IMG/VR virus record: IMGVR_UViG_3300012979_000178
Source: a virus
Length of the DNA: 25,123 nucleotides
Direction: 5' to 3' (one strand)
Shown: one piece after another, positions 8,505 to 16,454 of the stretch
How positions within the stretch are numbered: position 1 is the stretch's first letter
Layout of the letters: each line of letters begins with the position of its first letter
Notes under the pieces: model-generated
Told to the model about the DNA's origin: nothing
Database searches by the model: none
The model's input: the letters and a program-made list of their open reading frames with translations, nothing else
Made by a program: the position numbers and the translations under genes

Positions 8505-9400
8505 TGAAATTTTTTGTTGATTTTGAAGCAAGTATGGAAAATGAATGTATTATCTCTATTGGTGCAATTAGTGAAGAAGGTCATGAATTTTCTACCTTGG
8601 TAAAACCTTCAAAAGAAGGAGAAAAAATCGGTGAATTTGTAGAAAAATTAACTGGAATTTCAAATAAAGATTTAGAAACTGCTCCAACAGCAGATGAAGC
8701 ATTTTGCGCCTTTTTTGATTGGATAATTACAATCAATTCCAATGGCGCACCTAATTATTACTTTTATGGAAAAAATGATAAAAGTTTCTTAAATAATACT
8801 GTCAAATATATGACAGATAATAAAGCAATTATTTTTATCTATTCTATACTGGCATCATATACTGATTATACAACTATTGTTAATAAACATTATAGTATTA
8901 GTGGTATTGGTCTTTTTAAACTTTATAGAGGATTGAGTTCTGATATTGAAACTCAACGACACGACGCTCTTGAAGATGCCACTATGTTAAAATGTGTTGT
9001 TGAGAATTTAAAAGATATAAAAATTGAAGTTCCTGAAACTTCAAAAAGAAAACCTATTTTGTATAAAAAGTTAGAAGACAATCCAGATTTTGTTTGTTCA
9101 AATTTTGTTAATAAAAAATTTTGTCCTCCTATCTTCTATGAATGGCCCTCGGATAAACTTTTAGCAGATACTCATGCAGATGAAAATAATTGGCTTATTA
9201 AATGTAGCTTTGGAGATCATACTAAATATTTTGATTGTATTGATACTGCTGTTATTTGGGTCATCAAATATTTAAGCAAAGGCATGAGTTGCAAACGTAA
9301 AGAAGATGTTGAAACAGTAGCTAAAAAAATTCATAATGCTGTAATTAATAATGTAAAACATTATTCTATGTCCTGGGAGTACAATAAAAAGGAGAATTAA
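8504..9400 (+). CDS. DEDDh (DnaQ/RNase T-like) 3'-5' exonuclease domain with a C-terminal Cys/His-containing extension
   Basis: Exo I motif FFVDFEAS and Exo III motif HDALEDA (H-x4-D) are present. The layout LTGI...L..AP resembles the epsilon-subunit proofreading exonuclease. Confidence 0.7.
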   Translation: MKFFVDFEASMENECIISIGAISEEGHEFSTLVKPSKEGEKIGEFVEKLTGISNKDLETAPTADEAFCAFFDWIITINSNGAPNYYFYGKNDKSFLNNTVKYMTDNKAIIFIYSILASYTDYTTIVNKHYSISGIGLFKLYRGLSSDIETQRHDALEDATMLKCVVENLKDIKIEVPETSKRKPILYKKLEDNPDFVCSNFVNKKFCPPIFYEWPSDKLLADTHADENNWLIKCSFGDHTKYFDCIDTAVIWVIKYLSKGMSCKRKEDVETVAKKIHNAVINNVKHYSMSWEYNKKEN

Positions 9401-9402
9401 AT

Positions 9403-9915
9403 ATGATATTAATATTAATTTTAGCAATAGTTTTTATTATTTTTCTAATCTGTGGAATTATAAGTGATAGCGATTATGGTAATCATATCGTTGTAAATGG
9501 AACTGAAATTTCTTTTAAGACATTTGAAGCTATGTACAATATTAAACCAGAGGCTTGGGAATTAGAAAAAACAAGAATTGTATATAAAAAGCCACATTAT
9601 ACAACTTTAAGTAGAATCGATGGTACCCCATATAAAATGTGGATGCATAATGATAAATATTATTTTTTCTTTAGTTTTCGAGATTATTGTAAATATAGAA
9701 AATTTTTATCTCGATTAGAAGATCTAAAAATTCAAAAAGCTGAATATGAAAAAATGAAAAAAATTACAGATTGTTTTAAAGAAGATATAGAAGAATATAA
9801 AAAAACGCATGAAGAAGAAGTTGTAAAAAAACTTAAAGAAATTAATCAAATAGGCTATGAAATTAAATCCAATGACGGCACAAATTATTTTTGTTTAAAA
9901 AGGAGAGGAAAATAA
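9403..9915 (+). CDS. N-terminally membrane-anchored hypothetical protein
   Basis: RBS GGAG. The N-terminal 20 residues are hydrophobic. Confidence 0.55.
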   Translation: MILILILAIVFIIFLICGIISDSDYGNHIVVNGTEISFKTFEAMYNIKPEAWELEKTRIVYKKPHYTTLSRIDGTPYKMWMHNDKYYFFFSFRDYCKYRKFLSRLEDLKIQKAEYEKMKKITDCFKEDIEEYKKTHEEEVVKKLKEINQIGYEIKSNDGTNYFCLKRRGK

Positions 9916-9995
9916 TGTATAACGCTTATGTGACCACTTTAAAAAACGTACATAAACATCCTAATACCTTTTAAAAACATTTTAATGTAAAAAAT

Positions 9996-10042
9996 TTGGA
10001 CAATAGAATGTATTTATCCTTATTAAAAAATTAAATATAATA
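9996..10042 (+). promoter_or_regulatory. putative sigma-70-like promoter (TTGGACA ... TATAAT) upstream of 10077
   Basis: A -35-like TTGGACA with TATAAT at 10037-10042. The spacing is imperfect. Confidence 0.3.
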
Positions 10043-10076
10043 GAAAAAATATTTATTTTTAAAGGAGAAAATAAAA

Positions 10077-10811
10077 ATGCCTGAATTAAATTTAGCTGGA
10101 TCAAAAATAGGATTTTGGGATGTCTTAGAAAAAGATAGTGAAAAATCTAAAGAAAAACATTAGAGTTATTGGAAATGTAAATGTAATTTATGCGGAAATA
10201 TTTATTCTGTTAGAGGTTCAAGTTTAAATAATGGTCAAAGTCAAAAATGTGGAACCTGTTCTCGTTCTTACAATGTAAAAGATGAGACTGGGCAAAAATA
10301 TAATAAATTAACAGTTTTATATAAAACAGAGTCAAAAAATAATAGAGTAATGTGGAAATGTCGATGTGATTGTGGAAATCATATTGACGTAAGTGGAACT
10401 GATTTAAGGACTGGTGCAGTTAAATCTTGTGGAAAATGCCCAGGAAAAGAAAGCTTAGGAGAAAAATTAATTAGAGAAAAATTGACTCAATTTGGAATTG
10501 ATTTTATCCAAGAATATACTTTTAAAGATCTTATTTTTGAATCTGGTCATTATGCACGTTTTGATTTTTATATACCCTCTCATAATTATATAATAGAATT
10601 TGATGGTATCCAACATTTTAACTATGATAATAACTCTTCTTGGAATACAGAAAAAAATTTTTTAGAAACAAAAAAACGAGATAGTATAAAGAATAATTAT
10701 TGTTTTAATCATAATATTCCAATAATTAGAATTCCTTATGATTATAAAGAGGAGTTAACTGCTTTTGATTTAATTCCTCAAACTTCTAAATTTTTAATTA
10801 AGAAAGGGTGA
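10077..10811 (+). CDS. triple zinc-ribbon (W-x-C-x-C-x-CG ... SCGxC repeats) plus C-terminal DUF559/Vsr-like PD-(D/E)xK endonuclease domain; one in-frame TAG at 10161
   Basis: RBS AAAGGAGAAAAT and ATG at 10077. The frame is continuous with track ORF 10350..10811 apart from the TAG. The C-terminus reads FDFYIP..IIEFDGIQH ... RDSIK...NIPIIRIPY, which fits the DUF559 pattern. It is paralogous to 12336..13187. Confidence 0.6.
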
Positions 10812-10817
10812 AAAATA

Positions 10818-12248
10818 ATGTCAACTCATTGTGGATATGTGGTAAATATTAAAGAATTAAGACCTCACTCTAATGCAGATAAACTTCAAATAGCAACTTT
10901 TTTTGGTAATGATACTTGTGTGGGACTTGATGTAAAATTAGATGATATTGGAATTTATTTTCCCTCTGATTTACAACTTTCTGTAGAATTTTGCGAACAG
11001 CATAATCTTGTTCGCCGTAAGGATGACAGCGGTAACAACGTTGGTGGATATCTTGATCCCGACAAAAGAAACATTCGCACTATAAAACTTCGTGGTGAGA
11101 AGAGTGATGGTCTATTTATGCCTCTTCAGTGCCTCGCTTATACTGGCATTAATCTTGATGACCTTAATATTGGAGATCGTATTGATATTGTAAATGGGCA
11201 TGAAATTTGTAAGAAATATATCCCTCGCTCCAATAGACGTAAAGGTTCTTATTCCGAGGGCAATAAGACTCGTAAACATAAAGTTCCTGTTGCTCCGCTC
11301 TTTGCGGAACACGCAGATACAGAACAACTTGCTTATAATCTTAATGCCTTTAAAGCGGGCGACCAAATTGAAATTACTTTAAAAATGCACGGTACTAGCC
11401 ATCGTGTTGGCTATCTTGAAACCCTTCAGGGATATAAAAGAACATTTGCGGATAAAATTTTCCGGCGTGAAGGTACTCCAGAATATAATTGGGGTTATGT
11501 TGCTGGAACTCGTAGAACTGTTCTCGAAGATTATAATGGCGGTTATTATGGCAGCAACGAGTTTAGAGAAGTACATACTAAATTTTTCAATGGCAAACTT
11601 TGGAAGGGTGAAACTGTATATATGGAAATTGTAGGTTTCACTAATGATGGTACTCCTATTATGTCCAATTGCGAAAACAAAAAATTAAATGATAAAGATT
11701 TTATTAAGCAGTATGGAGATATTACCGTCTTCTCTTATGGTTGCGATCCTGCTGGATATACAGAACTTCCTATGAAAGATACTGGATTGCCTTATGGCGC
11801 AGTAGTTTCTGTTCCAAAATCAGAAATTTACGTATATCGTATGACTATGACTAATGAAGATGGTAATATAGTAGAATACACCCCTGACTTTATGAGATAT
11901 CGTTGCGAACAGATGGGCGTTAAAACTGTCCCTGTTCTTTGGAAAGGTTTTATTCCTTATACTATAGATGATGTTGAATCTGCCATTCCCGGTCATAGAA
12001 TTATACTTAAAGAAGGAGAAAGTGCCGGAGAATGGATTAAAAATGTTGCCGAGCAATATTACGATGGTCCAGATCCGGTTGGTAAGACTCATACTCGAGA
12101 AGGCGTTGTAGTAAGAATTATAAATCGTCCTAAATTCTGTGCTTATAAGCACAAAAATCATTCATTTAAGATGGTTTCTGGAATTATTACTGAGGCCGTT
12201 GCGGATAGCAATATTGAAATTAGCGAAGATATTTTAGCAGAACTTTAA
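10818..12248 (+). CDS. RNA ligase (Rnl2-type nucleotidyltransferase motif KMHGTS) fused to an N-terminal EMAP/Myf-type tRNA-binding OB fold
   Basis: The N-terminal VVNIKELRPHSNADKLQIATF matches the tRNA-binding-domain signature (HPNADKL). Motif I is K-x-H-G-T-S, as in T4 Rnl2 (KIHGTN). There is a GC jump at about 10985. Confidence 0.75.
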   Translation: MSTHCGYVVNIKELRPHSNADKLQIATFFGNDTCVGLDVKLDDIGIYFPSDLQLSVEFCEQHNLVRRKDDSGNNVGGYLDPDKRNIRTIKLRGEKSDGLFMPLQCLAYTGINLDDLNIGDRIDIVNGHEICKKYIPRSNRRKGSYSEGNKTRKHKVPVAPLFAEHADTEQLAYNLNAFKAGDQIEITLKMHGTSHRVGYLETLQGYKRTFADKIFRREGTPEYNWGYVAGTRRTVLEDYNGGYYGSNEFREVHTKFFNGKLWKGETVYMEIVGFTNDGTPIMSNCENKKLNDKDFIKQYGDITVFSYGCDPAGYTELPMKDTGLPYGAVVSVPKSEIYVYRMTMTNEDGNIVEYTPDFMRYRCEQMGVKTVPVLWKGFIPYTIDDVESAIPGHRIILKEGESAGEWIKNVAEQYYDGPDPVGKTHTREGVVVRIINRPKFCAYKHKNHSFKMVSGIITEAVADSNIEISEDILAEL

Positions 12249-12265
12249 AGTCTTTGTGGGTATTT

Positions 12266-12302
12266 TTGATTAATTTTAAAGTCTTAAATGGCATAATATA
12301 AT
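12266..12302 (+). promoter_or_regulatory. promoter (TTGATT ... TGGCATAATATAAT) upstream of 12336
   Basis: An extended -10-like TGGCATAAT/TATAAT. It is flanked by an 11-bp direct repeat TTTAAAGTCTT. Confidence 0.4.
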
Positions 12303-12335
12303 GAAAGAAAAGTATTTTTAGAAAGGATTTATATT

Positions 12336-13187
12336 ATGCCATTTAAAGATAGAACTAATATAAAATATGGAAAATTAACTGCAAAAGAATATTTAGGTAA
12401 AAGTATGTGGAAATGCATTTGTGATTGTGGTCAAGAAAAAATCGTGTATGGAGGCCACTTGGAAAGTGGTCATACTTAGTCATGTGGTTGTATTCGTCCT
12501 CCAAGAACTAAATTATATGGACAAAAATTTGGTAGATTAACAGTATTAAACTGGGAAGGAAACGGCAAGTGGCGTTGTCAATGCGAATGCGGAAATGAAG
12601 TATTGGTTCAAACCGATAATTTAAAATCTGGCAATACCAAATCTTGTGGCTGCTTACAAAAAGACAAAGCAAGTGACGCATCATTCATTTCTCTTGTTGG
12701 TAATCGTTATGGAAAACTTTTAGTAATTGAACGAGTAGAAAATAATCGTTTTGGACATGTATGCTATCGCTGTAAGTGCGATTGTGGTGGTGAAACTATT
12801 GTTGATGCTACAAACCTACGTAATGGCAATACCAATTCCTGTGGTTGTATTAAATCCAAAGGAGAAATGATTATCAACAACTGGTTACTAGAACATAATT
12901 TCGATTTCCGCAGTCAATATTCTTTTGACGATTGTATTTTATCTACCGGCCGCAGACCTTTTTTCGACTTCGTTTTATTCAAGAATGATAAACCATATCT
13001 TGTGATAGAATATAACGGCCGCCAACATTACGAAGTAACCGGCGGATGGAACACAGAAGAGCAGTTTGCTAAAACACAACGCCGTGATAGCGAAAAACTA
13101 CAATGGTGTGAAGATAATCACTATCCAATATTGATAATAAAATATGATGAAGATATTGAAAAAATATTGGAGGAAAGATTATTATGA
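12336..13187 (+). CDS. paralogue of 10077..10811: triple zinc-ribbon plus DUF559/Vsr-like endonuclease; one in-frame TAG at 12477
   Basis: RBS GAAAGGATTTATATT and ATG at 12336. It is in frame with track ORF 12603..13187 and shares the repeat pattern W.C.C.CG...N(T/S)(K/N)SCGC. The C-terminus reads FFDFVLF...LVIEYNGRQH...RRDSEK. Confidence 0.6.
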
Positions 13188-13198
13188 GGAATTCCTAA

Positions 13199-13485
13199 TG
13201 AAATGTAATCGTTGCATAAATAAAAATACTGAATATTGCGAAACTTGTATTGACCATCCCAAATGGGCAAATAGACCTAAACAATCTAATTTTCAATTAT
13301 ATAAACCCACTTGTCCATTTGGATATAAAGATTGTATTAATGACCCCGCATATATTCTATGGAGTGATCCAGAATGGTATAAAGAATTATATAATACTTT
13401 ATCCCCAGAAGAAGCCGCAAAAGAAGAAGATGGAAGTTGCGGCTTATGCGATATGGGAAGTGATTATGATGATGAAGACAAATAA
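13199..13485 (+). CDS. Cys-rich small protein with an acidic C-terminus
   Basis: An ATG follows the previous TGA, preceded by a weak GAGG. There are CxxC clusters and a DYDDEDK tail. Confidence 0.45.
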
Positions 13486-13501
13486 AAAGGAGAAATAAAA
13501 A

Positions 13502-13618
13502 ATGAAACTTGACAAGACCTATATTGAAAATCGAATTGCTAATCTTGAAAGAAATTATACTCAAAATATTAATCTTATTAAAAAGTGGAAGCGTTATTTG
13601 CGCAGATGTGAGAAGTAA
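13502..13618 (+). CDS. small basic 38-aa protein
   Basis: Strong RBS AAAAGGAGAAATAAAAA. It ends at a TAA immediately before a terminator. Confidence 0.4.
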   Translation: MKLDKTYIENRIANLERNYTQNINLIKKWKRYLRRCEK

Positions 13619-13620
13619 GA

Positions 13621-13652
13621 AAAAGCGGGATATTCCCGCTTTTTTGTTTTTT
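13621..13652 (+). terminator. rho-independent terminator
   Basis: Stem AGCGGGA / TCCCGCT with a TAT loop, followed by a T-run. Confidence 0.8.
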
Positions 13653-13675
13653 ATAAATATTTATGGTATAATAAA
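13644..13675 (+). promoter_or_regulatory. conserved promoter copy 6 (-35 TTGTTT, extended -10 TGGTATAAT)
   Basis: Motif match upstream of pncA. Confidence 0.65.
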
Positions 13676-13695
13676 ATAAAAAAGGAATAAAAATA

Positions 13696-14253
13696 ATGAA
13701 GATTGTAATTGTTGTTGATTTACAAAATGATTTTATTACAGGCTCTCTTGGTTCCACCGAAGCGCAGGCTATTATTCCAAATGTAAAAGACCATCTGCGG
13801 TCATTAGATGAAAAAGATCATGTAATTTTTACCATGGATACTCATTTTGATGACTATCTTGAAAGCGGTACTTTGGAAAGCGAAAAGCTTCCCATTAAGC
13901 ATACCATTAAAGGAACTGATGGTTGGCTAATTTTTGAAGATTTAACCTCTTTGCCTCCGGGACCGCAGACATTGGCACCAAAGCAGACTTTTTGCTCTTG
14001 GGATTTTGATAGTGTTATTGTAGACGAAGTTTGTAATTATCTTAAAAATAATGAAAATCTTGAAAAAGATCTAGAATTTGAAATTTTTGGAGTTTGTACT
14101 GATATTTGCGTTGTTTCTATCGCCCTTTATCTAAGATCTTTTTATCCTAGTGTTAAAATCACTTGCCTTAAAGATCTTTGCGCGGGCTCTTCTCCTGCGG
14201 CACATGAAGCTGCTTTGACTGTTATGAAATCTTGTATGATTGATATTACGTAA
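13696..14253 (+). CDS. pncA: nicotinamidase (PncA), isochorismatase family
   Basis: N-terminal VVDLQNDF, a conserved Lys region (IKHTIKGTDGW) and GVCTDICV carrying the catalytic Cys. Confidence 0.75.
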   Translation: MKIVIVVDLQNDFITGSLGSTEAQAIIPNVKDHLRSLDEKDHVIFTMDTHFDDYLESGTLESEKLPIKHTIKGTDGWLIFEDLTSLPPGPQTLAPKQTFCSWDFDSVIVDEVCNYLKNNENLEKDLEFEIFGVCTDICVVSIALYLRSFYPSVKITCLKDLCAGSSPAAHEAALTVMKSCMIDIT

Positions 14254-14267
14254 ACGGAGGAATGATT

Positions 14268-15176
14268 ATGCCAGTACATGACGATCTTGGAACTCGCATG
14301 AAAGAGTTCTATGAACAAGTCCCACGTTTTCGATTAACTAGAAGAATGCCCGTGGTAATTAGACTCGACGGGAAATCCTTCCACACCTTTACACGCGGTT
14401 TTGAAAAGCCATTTGATGAAGTGCTTGGTAGAGCGATGCGAGAGACTATGAAATATCTTTGTGAGAATATTCAGGATTGCGTCCTTGGATATACTCAATC
14501 CGATGAAATTACTTTAATTCTTGTTGACTATAAAGAATTAAATAGTTCTGCTTGGTTTAATTATGAAATTCAAAAAATGTGTTCTATTTCTGCTTCTATG
14601 GCAACTATGGTATTTAATAAATTTTTTGAAAAAGAAGTTAATAAATGGACAAACCAAGCTTTTCCAACTGATTATTTAGGATATAATACTGGGAAAATTT
14701 CAGTTGCTGATATTGAACTAAAAGGTACTTATATAAAATCTCTCAATAAAGGCGCAATGTTTGATTCTCGTTGTTTTAACATTCCAAAAGAAGAAGTAGC
14801 CAATTTGATCTATTGGCGACAACTAGATGCTACGCGTAATTCTATTCAAATGGTAGGTCAAGCTAATTTCTCTCATAAAGAACTTCAAAATAAATCTTGT
14901 AATGATATTCAAAATATGCTTTTTGAAAAGAAAAATATTAATTGGAATGATTTCCCAACTCACTTAAAACGTGGCTCTTGTTGCGTTAAAATAGAGACTT
15001 CTACTGTTTTTGCTATCGAGCATGAAGACGGTACTGTTGAAACTGGTGCCGTTGAGCGACCTCATTGGGAAATTGATCTGGAAATTCCGATCTTCAAAAA
15101 TGAAGGACGAGAATATATTAATCGTCGTATTCTTTATAAAGAAAAGCCTGAAACAACTATTGCTTATATTAATTAA
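14268..15176 (+). CDS. Thg1-like protein (TLP), a 3'-5' nucleotidyltransferase acting in tRNA 5'-end repair or addition
   Basis: VVIRLDGKSFHTF...KPFD...DCVLGYTQSDEITL matches the Thg1 core (VVRLDGRNFHRF...AYGQSDEYSF). The start was chosen at 14268 because its spacing to GGAGG is better than for the ATG at 14262. Confidence 0.75.
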   Translation: MPVHDDLGTRMKEFYEQVPRFRLTRRMPVVIRLDGKSFHTFTRGFEKPFDEVLGRAMRETMKYLCENIQDCVLGYTQSDEITLILVDYKELNSSAWFNYEIQKMCSISASMATMVFNKFFEKEVNKWTNQAFPTDYLGYNTGKISVADIELKGTYIKSLNKGAMFDSRCFNIPKEEVANLIYWRQLDATRNSIQMVGQANFSHKELQNKSCNDIQNMLFEKKNINWNDFPTHLKRGSCCVKIETSTVFAIEHEDGTVETGAVERPHWEIDLEIPIFKNEGREYINRRILYKEKPETTIAYIN

Positions 15177-15180
15177 AAAT

Positions 15181-15219
15181 AAAATCCTCTTATATTTTAA
15201 GAGGATTTTTGTTTTTTAT
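15181..15219 (+). terminator. rho-independent terminator
   Basis: A 12-bp stem AAAATCCTCTTA / TAAGAGGATTTT followed by a T-run. Confidence 0.8.
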
Positions 15220-15244
15220 AAAAAAATATGATATAATATATATA
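15209..15244 (+). promoter_or_regulatory. conserved promoter copy 7; near-identical to copy 3
   Basis: Sequence TTGTTTTTTATAAAAAAATATGATATAATATATATAGAAAA. Confidence 0.7.
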
Positions 15245-15271
15245 GAAAATAAAAAAAAGGAATTTATAAAA

Positions 15272-15433
15272 ATGAATCTTGATGATACAATTAAAAGAAT
15301 AAAAAGCGATGTTGCCGAGATTAGTTCTAAAATGATGACTGGAAAAACTATTGAAGAACAAGTTAAAGAAATTGTACTAAAAGATAGTGGTAAAAAAGTA
15401 AAAAATTCTATTATAGGTAAAAATATAAAATGA
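15272..15433 (+). CDS. small 53-aa hypothetical protein
   Basis: RBS AAAAGGAATTTATAAAA and ATG at 15272, which is in frame within track ORF 15209..15433. Its TGA overlaps the next start. Confidence 0.4.
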   Translation: MNLDDTIKRIKSDVAEISSKMMTGKTIEEQVKEIVLKDSGKKVKNSIIGKNIK

Positions 15434-15960
15434 ATAATTTTCAAAAATTTTTTGGTCACTTACACACAGTAAATAAACATCGCTTTATAGTTTGTAAACT
15501 ATGCTTTAAATGCGGTTTATATTGGCAAGGACTTACCCATGATCTTTCTAAATATTCGCCAGTAGAATTTATCAATGGTGTAAAATTTTATACTGGAAAA
15601 GCCTCTCCTCATCTTGGTGAACGAAAAGCATATGGATATAGCAAGGCTTGGTTAAATCACAAAGGACGCAATAAGCACCATGGAGAATATTGGCAAGATA
15701 TTGGATCAGATGGATTTACTCATCCCATTGATATGCCAAAAAATTATCTTATTGAAATGATTTGTGATAGAGTCGCGGCTTCAATGATTTATCTTGGAGA
15801 AAATTATACAGATAAAGCACCTTTGGAATATTATCAAAGCCATAAAGATGAAAATCAATTTAGTGATTATACAAGATTTTATTTAGAAGAATATTTAACA
15901 AATATCGCTAATTATGGTTTTGATGCTGCTATGAAGAGTAAAACTACATATAAATGCTAA
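15430..15960 (+). CDS. small HD-domain-like phosphohydrolase
   Basis: H...H (GHLHTVNKH), then THDLSK about 28 aa later, then HHGEYWQD...D. This fits HD motifs I-V. Confidence 0.55.
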   Translation: MNNFQKFFGHLHTVNKHRFIVCKLCFKCGLYWQGLTHDLSKYSPVEFINGVKFYTGKASPHLGERKAYGYSKAWLNHKGRNKHHGEYWQDIGSDGFTHPIDMPKNYLIEMICDRVAASMIYLGENYTDKAPLEYYQSHKDENQFSDYTRFYLEEYLTNIANYGFDAAMKSKTTYKC

Positions 15961-15987
15961 CTATTAAATAAGCTAGGAGAAAATTAA

Positions 15988-16440
15988 ATGAAACTTGAAA
16001 TTGATCTTGATCTTAATAAAATTGACTATGATTCTATTAATAAATAGATAAAACAAAAAATTGAAGATTTAGATATTGCTAATGTTTATACTATTGATGA
16101 TAGAATTAAAAATGAATTAAATGCTCAGATTAGCCAAGTAATTAATGAAAATATGTATCGAAATTATTGGTCTAATACATTAGATAATAAAACCGAAGGA
16201 CATATTCAAGACGAGCTAAGAATTCTCATTAAAGAAGCAATAACCCCATCAGTGAATAATGTTTTTAATAAAATTTCAGAAGAAGAAATAGAAAAAATGA
16301 TTTTACATATTCTTCCGAAAGCATTAGTTATGCTACTGATAGATAATCTTAAAGGTTCACTTTATTCTTTACAAAATGACCAAACCTACTTAATGGAATC
16401 AGTTATAGAAAATCATATAAACCGTAGATTAAATAGATAA
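15988..16440 (+). CDS. hypothetical protein with one in-frame TAG at 16045
   Basis: Strong RBS AGGAGAAAATTAA and ATG at 15988. It is in frame with track ORF 16153..16440. Confidence 0.5.
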
Positions 16441-16454
16441 GGAAATTAATAATT

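Noticed and set aside
11112-12161. Several short ORFs on both strands inside the RNA ligase gene (11112..11366 -, 11194..11382 +, 11379..11576 -, 11404..11634 +, 11820..12161 -)
   Set aside because: These are out-of-frame or antisense frames within a gene that has clear ligase motifs. They have no independent start signals.
15010-15459. ORFs 15010..15231 (+), 15190..15459 (-) and the N-terminal extension of 15209..15433
   Set aside because: They overlap the terminator and conserved-promoter cassette, with low-complexity K/I/F-rich translations. The real start of the small gene is the RBS-linked ATG at 15272.
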